This document shows positions 46,270 through 55,944 of a DNA stretch of 64,000 nucleotides, in pieces. The position numbers were made by a program, and so were the translations under genes. Each line of letters opens with the position of its first letter. Within the stretch, counting starts at the first letter, position 1. The DNA lies in the IMG/VR virus record IMGVR_UViG_3300029309_000013, positions 15,314 to 79,313 of that record; one strand, 5' to 3'. The notes under the pieces are model-generated. The model made no database searches. It had not been told where the DNA came from and saw only the letters and a list, made by a program, of their open reading frames with translations. This stretch comes from a virus.

Positions 46270-49232
46270 TGAAGGCTTCTGTAGGATTAGAGAATTTACC
46301 AAACGTATATATTTCAAAAATTACACTAGAAGATCATTCAACCAATGGTTTTCTTTTAAACGTTGAGTTAGAAATACAAGACGCTCAGAAAGACTCTGGT
46401 TTTTATTGGTCTGATGATAAAGTGTTACTTAGTTTTTTGAAAGTCAATCTTGTCGCTACAAGGAACCCTAGGGTATCAAATTTACTTAAGGACGGCACAA
46501 TTGTTCCCATCCCCAGCGATATTTCCAGGCTAAATAATCCCGACACTAACATGAACACCTTTGGATTATCAGAATTTAAACATATGGACAGTGGTTCATC
46601 AAAAATATTTCGTAAAAAATTCACCTATAATATAGAAAATGGAGTTCAAGACTTGCATCTTTATGCTGTATGTTTTTTTGATACAATGCAGGCAAGTTCA
46701 GATTTAAACATTCGGTTAGAAAATATATACTCTAGATATAATGGAGCTGTATGTTCGGAGATAGTTTTTGTCCAAGGAGAGATTAAAAGCAGCACAACTT
46801 TGTTTTTGAGACCAGATAACACAGTCTGGGCAGGCCCTGTTCATGAGCACGAGGGCACTTACATGGAGGGTTCATTCCATAGCAGTGAACCTCACAATAA
46901 ACTACGTAGAATAACCGTTCAGAATTACAAGATAACAGATAATAGAAAAAAGAATTATGGATCTAGGCAAGGTATAAACAGGAAATTTACTCCAATCATC
47001 GGAGATCTAATGTTTTCTTTTAACAACAACACTGATTTATCAGGAATGTTTGTCTTTAACATAAAGCAGATGGCCCTAACTAGAACAAAATACGGCAGAC
47101 AGCTCTATAATCTTAGCAACAGGCTGTTTGTGGATTATCTTTCCACAATTAAAATCAGATCATTAACGATTAAGAGGCAACAGGTAAAGTCAGCAGTATA
47201 TAGGAATACTGCTGGTTCACCAAAATTTGGATCATCTAGATTGCTTAATACTGTTGTTGTTGCCGACAGTAGAGACATAAAATCATATCAATTACAAGAA
47301 GATGAGAAAATCAAAGAAATATTCCTTTTCCCAGATAAATCATTAAGGGCTTTTCAATTCATAGATGATGAAAAATCCTCCAAATCAAAAGGTGAATATC
47401 AATATAAGGTAGAAATTAGAATCCTAGATCAATCTCACGTCTTTTTAGAAAATAAGATAAATGATCTTAAATTATTGTTCAATGACTTGAAAGATTTGAG
47501 GTCAATTATAGGTAGAAATTCAAATTACGACTTTAAGTTGAGTAAAATAAAAGATTCAAACCTCCTTGATTCAAAAATAGTTAGCATTGTTAATGGTTAC
47601 TACAACCACCTACAGTATTTTGAGAATTTTACCAATTCAGAAAAAGAGTTTTTGATCAAAGAGAAGTTGAAAAACTTTACTTTCAACAATTATAACCTTC
47701 TAGTTCACGATAGATTCATAACAGAGTTTCAAAAACTAATGACCTTATTCTCTAAAAGATACAAGACATCTGATAAGGAAAATTACGCTGGTGCAGTTAC
47801 TGATAGAAAATCATTTGTTCCTGGCTCTATTGAGCTATCAAGAGTGTTTAGTGATATTATTAGCTTCAGAGATATGTTTAGATCTTATGATTATTTAGGG
47901 ATCAAGAATAATATTGGTTTTCCAATCATTACCACCGCAGAAATGAATGATAGAGCGACTAAGGAAGTGCAGAGATTCTTTAGCGGTAACTTTGTTAACG
48001 GTAATGATGATTTCTCTCAAATGGATGTGGATACAAAACAAGCTTTCGGGGATATTAACGCTTCTAGAATGAGCTTTTTTAGCCCCTTATCTTTGATGGT
48101 GAATAGTGAGGAAATAAATCTCGATAATCTAATGAATATTGATCATGATAAATTAACCACAAGATTCATGGAAGGGAAAGATATTTTCATATCTTATGTC
48201 CAGCCGAAACACAATTATGGTAAAAAACAAACCAAAGGTTTCAACCAGTCTAAGAAAAGAACCAGACAAACATTCAGTAAGAATTACAGCTTCTCAAGAG
48301 ATTCTGGCCCTCAATCAGCTGCCGATCCTAATAAAAATGATGATGCCCTATCTTTGTTAAAATCAGAGAATTTCCTTGGATTAAATTCTGAATTTGTTAA
48401 CGCTGAAGAGGGCTATAAAGAATCAGTGATAGAAGAGAGTGACCGACAAACTAACGCACAATTTGATTCATATTATAATTTTACCAGAGATACTTTTAAA
48501 TCTAATTTTGACTTGCAAAGCGCTGAAAATAGCTTTAGTAATTATTTGGGTAGCAAGCATGCTAGTAAAGAGAACACAAAAGGTGCTCCAAATCAATACA
48601 AAGCGCTTGTGGGATCTAGGTCAAGTAACACTAAAAATGATATCCTAGAGTCAGACACAGACCCTTTGAGATCTGTAAATACAAAAGTTGCTAGTGAGAT
48701 AATTTATAAATCATTCCAGAAGGTTGAGATATTTGTAGGCTACGAAAAGGACATCAACGGAATTGATATTTTAACATCTCCAATATTTGTAAAAGCCGAT
48801 AATGTTGATTTGGATGATAGTGTTAGTTATTTTTGCAGAATGAGTTACCACAGTGAAGAAATGTTTGGTATTAAAGTAAATCCTGATTTTAAGCTTCCCG
48901 TCATTAATCGTTTCTTCTTCATAAGCTCAACGGATCTAAATAACTTACAAGATCAAGCACTCGATGCTTCCAATCTTACTTTTAACATTAGTGCAGGAAA
49001 TGAGATATCTAAGAATATAAAGTTTGCAACTTCAAACATAGTTACTCAAAACAAAACTAAAAACCCCTTGGCTGCTTCTGGTTTCACTACAAGATCAGCG
49101 CCAAGGCCAAGAAATGCAGTGGCTGATCAAACAACTCCAAATCGAGGAACAGTATATTCTGGTAATAGTCGCTCGACAACATCAGGAGGAGGAACATCAG
49201 GAGGAGGAACACCAGGAGGGAGAGGATACTAA
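46269..49232 (+). CDS. virion structural protein, unknown function (987 aa)
   Basis: Long coupled ORF in the tail cluster; Gly-rich C-terminal tail. Confidence 0.55.
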   Translation: MKASVGLENLPNVYISKITLEDHSTNGFLLNVELEIQDAQKDSGFYWSDDKVLLSFLKVNLVATRNPRVSNLLKDGTIVPIPSDISRLNNPDTNMNTFGLSEFKHMDSGSSKIFRKKFTYNIENGVQDLHLYAVCFFDTMQASSDLNIRLENIYSRYNGAVCSEIVFVQGEIKSSTTLFLRPDNTVWAGPVHEHEGTYMEGSFHSSEPHNKLRRITVQNYKITDNRKKNYGSRQGINRKFTPIIGDLMFSFNNNTDLSGMFVFNIKQMALTRTKYGRQLYNLSNRLFVDYLSTIKIRSLTIKRQQVKSAVYRNTAGSPKFGSSRLLNTVVVADSRDIKSYQLQEDEKIKEIFLFPDKSLRAFQFIDDEKSSKSKGEYQYKVEIRILDQSHVFLENKINDLKLLFNDLKDLRSIIGRNSNYDFKLSKIKDSNLLDSKIVSIVNGYYNHLQYFENFTNSEKEFLIKEKLKNFTFNNYNLLVHDRFITEFQKLMTLFSKRYKTSDKENYAGAVTDRKSFVPGSIELSRVFSDIISFRDMFRSYDYLGIKNNIGFPIITTAEMNDRATKEVQRFFSGNFVNGNDDFSQMDVDTKQAFGDINASRMSFFSPLSLMVNSEEINLDNLMNIDHDKLTTRFMEGKDIFISYVQPKHNYGKKQTKGFNQSKKRTRQTFSKNYSFSRDSGPQSAADPNKNDDALSLLKSENFLGLNSEFVNAEEGYKESVIEESDRQTNAQFDSYYNFTRDTFKSNFDLQSAENSFSNYLGSKHASKENTKGAPNQYKALVGSRSSNTKNDILESDTDPLRSVNTKVASEIIYKSFQKVEIFVGYEKDINGIDILTSPIFVKADNVDLDDSVSYFCRMSYHSEEMFGIKVNPDFKLPVINRFFFISSTDLNNLQDQALDASNLTFNISAGNEISKNIKFATSNIVTQNKTKNPLAASGFTTRSAPRPRNAVADQTTPNRGTVYSGNSRSTTSGGGTSGGGTPGGRGY
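49179..49220 (+). repeat. 15-bp in-frame tandem repeat (TSGGG TSGGG TPGG)
   Basis: acatcaggaggagga x2 followed by acaccaggaggg. Confidence 0.8.
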
Positions 49233-51238
49233 TGTCTAAGATAAAAATATTAGAAACAAAAAAAGATCTTTTTCGTCTAGCTATTGGGTCTTCCCCCTTG
49301 GTAGCTAGGTCAAATGATGGTATATCAAAATTTGTGTACACCGAGCAGCCTGGGTATAAAGTCTCAGTCATGAGTTCAATACCTTCTTTTGACGATGGAA
49401 TTAGTGGTGAAGAGGTTAAAATTCTAATAAGACCAAACGGAAACACATCAGTTTTTCAAACAAACTTAAGAAGAGTAATATCTGAAAATGTAAACTTTAC
49501 TGATCATCTTTGTGAAATAATAACACCAATAAATAATGAAGAAGTAAAAGATTTACCGGCAACTCAAGGATTATCAATGTACAAATGCGACACACAATTT
49601 GCATATGTGGCTGAGGATTATGACGCACTACAGTTGGCCATAGAAGAGATAAATCTACCTACAATATTTGAAGACAAAAGAAGACAAGACTTTATAGATT
49701 TCAAAAAAGATAGTAAACCAGCCCCGATTGATTTAAATCCAATTAGTGCTCGTAGATATGAGAATGTTATCTTTCCTGCAAGACCAGTAGTTGATGGTAT
49801 TTATAAGAGAATCCCAAATGAGTTTCCATATTATAACAGAATCTCAATCTCTTCTAATACAAAAACTGACTTAACAGACTTTTTAAATAAAACAGATATC
49901 TTTTACTTCCTTCTTAATGATTATATAAACACAGATTCTCCATCTATTTCTTTTGATCTACAATCAGACGGCCTTGTAATACCAACAGAGGTACCGGTTT
50001 TTTCTTTAAATTCTTGGGTAACTGGAACTTCCTTCGCAGTGGGCGAGAATGTATTTATATCAGACAAAGTTATCGCTGCTAATTCAAAGATAAAAAGAGA
50101 TCTCAAAAAGCTATTGTTTGCTGGCTATCTCAACAAGCTTTCTCAGAGTTTTCGAAACTTTACGGCACTAATGAATAGAGAATTCTGTTACAATGAAGAG
50201 GTTGCATACACACTTGATAAATACCAAAATTTTGCAATTGATCCAAAAGTTCAACGTTTAGTTATGCCCGCAGTTGAAAATGAATCTGTATTTAACGATA
50301 CACAGATAAAGTATGGTCAAACTTACGTATATGTTTGTAATGGACACTATGTTATAGTTGGAAATCGTTACCGATATGAGAATTTAACTTTTCATAACTT
50401 AGGTACTGATGAAGTCCACGCAACTGTGACGGTAAAAAATTACCCGAATGTTGTTTTGGTTCCTCTGCAATTTTTTGATAAAACATTAAAAGTTATACAA
50501 CCTCCCCCTCTTTCCCCGCAGGTTAAAATTTTCACAGAAAACAATTCAGAAAAACAAATACAATTTTATTTGTCCCCAACAAAAGGAAAAGCTGAGGGTG
50601 AATTTATTCCAATTTTAGATACCGACAAGAAAATTGTCGAAGACTTATCGCAATACTTTAAAGATCCCGAGAATATAAAATTTGAAACAATACCAGAAGA
50701 TGGAAGTTACGAAATTTTCAGAACAGATAAGCCGCCCGAATCGTATGTTGATTTTTCTGATTCAAAAGTCGGAGAGGTAAACATTCAGATTGCTAGCACA
50801 GATGCACTGTTCGTTGATAATGTTATACCAAACAAAAAATATTATTACTGTTTTAGAAAACTGAACTCAAAAGGACTAGTCTCAAATCCAACTACTATTT
50901 ATGAGGTGGAATTGATCATCGATGCAGATGATGCTAAAGTCATAGTCAAAGATTATCACATTCCGGAACCCATTTTATTTAACAACTCAAGATCATTCGC
51001 GAGGCTATTTCAGATAACACCTGCTGTTGAACAAACAGTTTTTGACTCAAATCAAGAAGCATCAGCAGGAAAACCTAGCCTCAAGGGTACAGTAGATAAC
51101 CTTAAATTGGGAGTGGCCAAGGAAACTTTGTGGGGAAGAAAATTAAAATTTAGAGTAAAATCGAATGTGACTGGTAAAATTATTGATTATAATATTGACT
51201 TTACCTTAACAAAAAACAAAACACAAGAAGATTTTTGA
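49232..51238 (+). CDS. virion structural protein with possible fibronectin-III-like C-terminal domain
   Basis: YEIFR...F.DNV.PNKKYYYCFR..N..G.VSNPT pattern. Confidence 0.55.
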   Translation: MSKIKILETKKDLFRLAIGSSPLVARSNDGISKFVYTEQPGYKVSVMSSIPSFDDGISGEEVKILIRPNGNTSVFQTNLRRVISENVNFTDHLCEIITPINNEEVKDLPATQGLSMYKCDTQFAYVAEDYDALQLAIEEINLPTIFEDKRRQDFIDFKKDSKPAPIDLNPISARRYENVIFPARPVVDGIYKRIPNEFPYYNRISISSNTKTDLTDFLNKTDIFYFLLNDYINTDSPSISFDLQSDGLVIPTEVPVFSLNSWVTGTSFAVGENVFISDKVIAANSKIKRDLKKLLFAGYLNKLSQSFRNFTALMNREFCYNEEVAYTLDKYQNFAIDPKVQRLVMPAVENESVFNDTQIKYGQTYVYVCNGHYVIVGNRYRYENLTFHNLGTDEVHATVTVKNYPNVVLVPLQFFDKTLKVIQPPPLSPQVKIFTENNSEKQIQFYLSPTKGKAEGEFIPILDTDKKIVEDLSQYFKDPENIKFETIPEDGSYEIFRTDKPPESYVDFSDSKVGEVNIQIASTDALFVDNVIPNKKYYYCFRKLNSKGLVSNPTTIYEVELIIDADDAKVIVKDYHIPEPILFNNSRSFARLFQITPAVEQTVFDSNQEASAGKPSLKGTVDNLKLGVAKETLWGRKLKFRVKSNVTGKIIDYNIDFTLTKNKTQEDF

Positions 51239-51245
51239 AAGAAAT

Positions 51246-51252
51246 CTATTTA
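51246..51252 (+). promoter_or_regulatory. putative late promoter CTATTTA
   Basis: Intergenic, 23 nt upstream of ATG 51276. Confidence 0.55.
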
Positions 51253-51275
51253 ATATAAGAATTTGGGAGATTTAT

Positions 51276-52217
51276 ATGGCTTTTTTAGACAACAGTGGAG
51301 ACATCATACTAGATGTAGTCCTTACAGATCACGGAAGAAAACTATTAGCTAAGGGCGATGGTTCTTTTCAAATTACTAAATTTGCCCTTGGTGACGAAGA
51401 AATAGACTACTCTCTGTACAACAAAACACATCCTAGTGGTAGCTCCTATTATGATTTAGAGATCCTACAAACACCAGTCCTTGAGGCCTTTACTAATAAT
51501 GCCTCCTCTATGCACTCAAAGCTTATGACTTACGATAATCTTGAGCTGCTGTTTTTGCCTGTTCTTAGACTCAATGAGGTGGAGAGATCAAACAAGAGAG
51601 ATTCTAACGCGACTTTCCTTGTTGCGGTTGATGCACAAACAGAAGATAATGATGGATCCACAACCACTTTGACTGGCGTTGGTAAAGACTCTGCCGGTGA
51701 TATTAGGCAAGGATTTATTTTTGGCGAGACCCTGAATGGAGCTGTTATCAAGATCGACCAAGGCCTTGATACTACTGAGATATCTCCTAAAAGAAGATTG
51801 GATGCTGATTTGATTGAGACTAGCTTTACTGTTCAAATCGACAATAGGCTTGGAAAGCTTGTTGATACACAAGGCACAGAGGCCGCTCCAGATTTCATTG
51901 ATGATGATAACATTGCGTACTATACTGTAGATCTGGGCGATACTTTTGTTAGTCAAATAACCAATGATAGCACTGGCGGTAGTGAAGTAATCAGAGGACC
52001 ACGAGGAACAAGGATGGAGTTTAGAATTAAGTCCTCCCTTGATCTTAACACTAGTACTTTTTTGTTTGAACAATTAGGTAGCACTACCACTATGGACAAC
52101 AGAACAGCCTCTGGTACATCGAATGTTTTCTTTATTGATACAAATGTAAAGATCACCGGTATGAAAACAGGCGCACAGATTGATGTTCCTGTTAGATACG
52201 TTAAGTTAGCAGAATAA
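51276..52217 (+). CDS. tail/baseplate structural protein (tail-collar-like N-terminus)
   Basis: DVVLTDHGRKLLAKG...ITKFALGDEEIDY. Confidence 0.65.
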   Translation: MAFLDNSGDIILDVVLTDHGRKLLAKGDGSFQITKFALGDEEIDYSLYNKTHPSGSSYYDLEILQTPVLEAFTNNASSMHSKLMTYDNLELLFLPVLRLNEVERSNKRDSNATFLVAVDAQTEDNDGSTTTLTGVGKDSAGDIRQGFIFGETLNGAVIKIDQGLDTTEISPKRRLDADLIETSFTVQIDNRLGKLVDTQGTEAAPDFIDDDNIAYYTVDLGDTFVSQITNDSTGGSEVIRGPRGTRMEFRIKSSLDLNTSTFLFEQLGSTTTMDNRTASGTSNVFFIDTNVKITGMKTGAQIDVPVRYVKLAE

Positions 52218-52226
52218 GGATTTACA

Positions 52227-53321
52227 ATGACTTTTAAACCATTAAATGAAAATGATATCGTAGCGACAAGAACTCTGCTACATGAAGCTATTCCACTCAC
52301 TGGTACAATTGTATCAGGGACATATGACGATGGGAATATCAAAGATTACACTCACGGAATGTTTCAGTCTGTTTATGACTATCCATTTTTAAGTTCTTCT
52401 GCAAACCACATCTTTGATATTACAATTGGGATTAATCAAAGTAGCCCTCTTTATAGTTCAGTTTCAGCACAGCAATCTAAAAAAAGAAACATCTATAATC
52501 AAATGGCTCAAGTTTTAGTTGGTTACGATGCAACCGGCTCTGTTAGGAGATTTGACGAAGATGGTGATTTAATAGGGACAACTGATGATAAGCTAAATGA
52601 TGTTATTATTTTGCCTTTCTCGCGATTGTTAACTAAAGATGAGATCAAAAAAGAAACCTTTGAGATGACCCTGGGTGTAAACCCTGCCTTTGCAGAGGAC
52701 GGTTCTGTGTTCAATAAGCTAGTAACAATTTCAGACCTTAGTGCTTCCACAGAGTACAGAGTAAATTCACCTGCTGGGGAGTATGGAATTCTTTATGCAA
52801 CTGCGTCTGTAAATGATATCCTTGACCCTAGTAGCACTCACACTTCATCATTTGGCGGCGATCCTTACTGGCGCGCTGGTCTAATCTATTACCAGGCAGG
52901 TGTTGTAGTCCTAACTGGTTCTGTTTTTGGCTCCTTACTTACTCCGAATAGTTCTAGTATTGAATTTGATTCTGGTCTTAACTTCACGGGTTCTTTAACT
53001 GGATCAAACATTGATTTGATTGCAAACGGTTTACGAAACAGAATTCAAAACATACAGTTTAACAATACAACAGAATTAAATTCAACTGTATATTTCTGTC
53101 GTGTTAATCACAATGAGTTTAACTACTCTGCGAACCCAACTTATTTAAGTGGCTCAAAAATCAGAGTTAAAACTAAATCAACTGATAATCCTGTGGCTTA
53201 CATCACCTCCATTGGTCTATACAATGATAATAACGAGTTAATGGCTTCCGCCAAGTTATCAGAACCTCTTAAGAAGTCTTCTGATAACGAATACACGCTT
53301 CGTGCTAGAATTGACTATTAA
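52227..53321 (+). CDS. tail/baseplate structural protein
   Basis: C-terminal NYSANPTY...YITSIGLYNDNNELMASAKLSEPLKK...RIDY; paralogous to the next ORF. Confidence 0.65.
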   Translation: MTFKPLNENDIVATRTLLHEAIPLTGTIVSGTYDDGNIKDYTHGMFQSVYDYPFLSSSANHIFDITIGINQSSPLYSSVSAQQSKKRNIYNQMAQVLVGYDATGSVRRFDEDGDLIGTTDDKLNDVIILPFSRLLTKDEIKKETFEMTLGVNPAFAEDGSVFNKLVTISDLSASTEYRVNSPAGEYGILYATASVNDILDPSSTHTSSFGGDPYWRAGLIYYQAGVVVLTGSVFGSLLTPNSSSIEFDSGLNFTGSLTGSNIDLIANGLRNRIQNIQFNNTTELNSTVYFCRVNHNEFNYSANPTYLSGSKIRVKTKSTDNPVAYITSIGLYNDNNELMASAKLSEPLKKSSDNEYTLRARIDY

Positions 53322-53338
53322 TCCAATGAGTAACAAAC

Positions 53339-54496
53339 ATGACGTATTATCGATTTACAGACGACGATCTGTTCACCAACACTATTGAGGCATACCCAGA
53401 TTTAAGTTTCTTTATCCACAGTGGGTCAATATACGTCAATAACATAACCCCAATATCAGGAACACACTCAGACAACATCCTGGGTGTTCCAAGGGGCTTT
53501 ATATCCCTGTATGAATATAATATCAACAGACCAGAGGATCAAAGAATCCACCCTTTTGTTACAAAAGATGCTAACAAAACAACGTTCAAGACAATTTCTG
53601 CCGCTGATTGGAACACTCAATTTGGCTATGGAGGATCTACGATTACTTCTAGCTACAATTTGTCGGCGTCTATCACTAGATATAGAATAACCGGACCTGC
53701 AGACCCTGATTATCCAAGACTTAGGGCACTTAGAAATTCTATAAATAATTACTCCTATCTATCACCACATTATAACTTTGATACCTACTATTCGGATTCA
53801 GAAGTAAATATGATTTGTGTTCCATCAATTTTTTATGGATCATCAATTAGAAAAGGTTCAGTTAGTCTCAAGTGGTATGTTTCTGGAACAGTCACTGCAG
53901 AGGCAACTGATTATCGTTACAACGGAGAACTAGTTCAGGTTTCAGGCTCTACAACCGGATCCGTCGTTGGTACCGTTCTGTACAATGAGGGCATCTTTCT
54001 GTTGACCTCCTCGGCAACACTTGATAGTACCTCTATTGGTAACCTTGTAGATAACTCAACCGCCGGAAACCCAAAATGGATTTATTTTGGTAGAGGTGCA
54101 AATGACGGACTAACTGTTGCATCAACAACCTTATCTGCATCTTTTGATATGGAGTTCCAAGGAACCAATCACATACAGACGCTCACAATGCTCTCTAAGG
54201 CTCCAAAATATCAACTTAATCATTCCAATAACCCAACTTATTTAAAGCACTCTGGGAGCAATATTGGGAACGCTATGACTAGTTCTTATGAGTATGTGGA
54301 GACACCAAAAGAGATTAAAAACATTGTATCCTCAAGTTTTACAGATACGACCCCAACTTTTGATAAAGAAACTTATATTTCAAAAATCGCAATCTATGAT
54401 GAAGATAAAAATGTAATTGGCTTTGCAAAGCTTTCTACTCCCGTAAGAAAAACGGAAGAAAGAGAATATTTGTTTAAATTAAAATTGGACATTTAA
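53339..54496 (+). CDS. tail/baseplate structural protein
   Basis: C-terminal NHSNNPTY...YISKIAIYDEDKNVIGFAKLSTPVRK...KLDI. Confidence 0.65.
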   Translation: MTYYRFTDDDLFTNTIEAYPDLSFFIHSGSIYVNNITPISGTHSDNILGVPRGFISLYEYNINRPEDQRIHPFVTKDANKTTFKTISAADWNTQFGYGGSTITSSYNLSASITRYRITGPADPDYPRLRALRNSINNYSYLSPHYNFDTYYSDSEVNMICVPSIFYGSSIRKGSVSLKWYVSGTVTAEATDYRYNGELVQVSGSTTGSVVGTVLYNEGIFLLTSSATLDSTSIGNLVDNSTAGNPKWIYFGRGANDGLTVASTTLSASFDMEFQGTNHIQTLTMLSKAPKYQLNHSNNPTYLKHSGSNIGNAMTSSYEYVETPKEIKNIVSSSFTDTTPTFDKETYISKIAIYDEDKNVIGFAKLSTPVRKTEEREYLFKLKLDI

Positions 54497-54500
54497 AATA

Positions 54501-54507
54501 CTATTTA
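54501..54507 (+). promoter_or_regulatory. putative late promoter CTATTTA
   Basis: Intergenic ACTATTTAG upstream of the leader-bearing ORF 54525. Confidence 0.55.
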
Positions 54508-54524
54508 GCGTGTAGGAGACTATC

Positions 54525-55130
54525 ATGAGTCAAAAATTAATTATGGAAAACTGGAGACGGTTTTTAAACGAGAATAAAGAACAGCAGGTTTTAGATGAAG
54601 GCTTGTTAGCTCCACTAGCCTCCTTGGTGTTTGTCATCCCCTTCAACGGAGAACCAAAACAACTAGATGTACCACAAATTTACGATGCTGCTCTAGCTGC
54701 CCAATCTGACGGTGACGAAGGGGTGAGAAACGAATTGTACAACTTACTTAAAGATGCTTCTGCAAATGTTAAAAACGGAACACTGACAAAAGTTGATTCT
54801 AATAATGATGGGGTTCTAGAAATTAATCCCTTCCAAAATTCTTTTTCCCAAAACCCACTGTCCCCTGAAGCACAAGAATACTTGCTGGGACAGGTATCCG
54901 AAATCTCACCAGGCCTTGACACCGGAGACACAGGGGTTCCAGGGACCTATAGTAGCCAAAGAACAGTTACTCCAAATGTGAATGCTCTAATTAAAAACCT
55001 TAGTGGTCTTGTAAAATCTCCAGCCTCAAAAGCCCAAGCACTTGAGAAGGCGCAAAATCTTTTAGACAATGCTGATTTAACTCCTGAACAAGAAACTGCT
55101 TTAAATAATATTATTGCCCAAGCCAATTGA
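54525..55130 (+). CDS. hypothetical protein with head-type leader
   Basis: Begins MSQKLIMENWRRFLNE; hydrophobic segment after LDE; DSNNDG Ca-binding-like loop. Confidence 0.6.
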   Translation: MSQKLIMENWRRFLNENKEQQVLDEGLLAPLASLVFVIPFNGEPKQLDVPQIYDAALAAQSDGDEGVRNELYNLLKDASANVKNGTLTKVDSNNDGVLEINPFQNSFSQNPLSPEAQEYLLGQVSEISPGLDTGDTGVPGTYSSQRTVTPNVNALIKNLSGLVKSPASKAQALEKAQNLLDNADLTPEQETALNNIIAQAN

Positions 55131-55155
55131 CAAACACCCTTTTGTGTGTTATATT
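55127..55155 (+). promoter_or_regulatory. sigma70-type promoter
   Basis: TTGACA-17 nt (ending TGT)-TATATT. Confidence 0.7.
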
Positions 55156-55169
55156 ATATTAGAGGTTTT

Positions 55170-55340
55170 ATGTTTAAGTTTATTTATGAATTTTTGTTTC
55201 CAACTAGGGAGCAGAAGATAAGAAGAAAGATTGAAAAGATGTATGAAGTGGCCATTTCATTTCAAAGAAATGGAAACATTAGAGAATACTCAAGACTCAT
55301 GTCTGAAATTAGAGATCTTGAAGAAGAGCTAATGAAATGA
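55170..55340 (+). CDS. small hypothetical protein (DUF6435-like pattern)
   Basis: ATG 55170 after GAGG; A...QRNG.IR.YS.L pattern. Confidence 0.55.
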   Translation: MFKFIYEFLFPTREQKIRRKIEKMYEVAISFQRNGNIREYSRLMSEIRDLEEELMK

Positions 55341-55840
55341 TTCTAGGCCTAGATGTTAGTTCAAGTAAAATCGGCTATTCAATAATTGATCAAGATAAGA
55401 AACTTCTTATGTGTGAGTTTAAAAAATTTAAAACATCAACTTCTCTAGAGACTAGAGCGCTTGAATTTCACTCTACGCTCCTTGATCTATCCAAGAAGTT
55501 TCAAATTTCTAAAGTTATGATAGAGGCCCCTTTTGTTGCGTTTGGCGGAGGCCGTAGTTCGGCTCAAACCGTGGCCACTCTCCAACGATTCAATGGAATG
55601 ATTTCATTGTTGGTACCAATTGTGTTTGATATGGAATCAGAGATGATCACACCTGCAGCTGCTAGGAAAAAGCAGGGCATAAAGGTTCCCCGGGGAGAGA
55701 ACACTAAGAAAATAATTATTGAATGGGTTTCACAGACATATCCGAATGATTTTATTGTTGAATTAACGAGACACGGTAATCCTCGGCCCGGAACAGACGA
55801 TATGGCTGACTCAGTGCTTGTAGCTTTGGCTGCCTTATGA
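55337..55840 (+). CDS. RuvC-like Holliday junction resolvase
   Basis: ILGLDVS....GYS, IEAPF, L.RFNG, DDMADS..VA acidic catalytic motifs. Confidence 0.82.
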   Translation: MILGLDVSSSKIGYSIIDQDKKLLMCEFKKFKTSTSLETRALEFHSTLLDLSKKFQISKVMIEAPFVAFGGGRSSAQTVATLQRFNGMISLLVPIVFDMESEMITPAAARKKQGIKVPRGENTKKIIIEWVSQTYPNDFIVELTRHGNPRPGTDDMADSVLVALAAL

Positions 55841-55923
55841 GAGCTTTTGTATTAGTGTTCCTATTGCTGTGCTCTGGTTGTGATGTTAAGATATGCCCAG
55901 ACGGCCTATGTTTTTATGATTAG
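55837..55923 (+). CDS. putative 28-aa micro-lipoprotein (not in ORF track)
   Basis: MRAFVLVFLLLCSG-CDVKICPDGLCFYD*; ATGA overlap with the resolvase stop; signal peptide II-like sequence. Confidence 0.5.
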   Translation: MRAFVLVFLLLCSGCDVKICPDGLCFYD

Positions 55924-55944
55924 TAAAAAAGTTGATGAAAAAAT

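Noticed and set aside
34450-54496. Diversity-generating retroelement or invertible tail-fibre cassette
   Set aside because: No reverse transcriptase or recombinase is present, and I saw no template/variable repeat pair or long inverted repeats. The paralogy is old and only at protein level.
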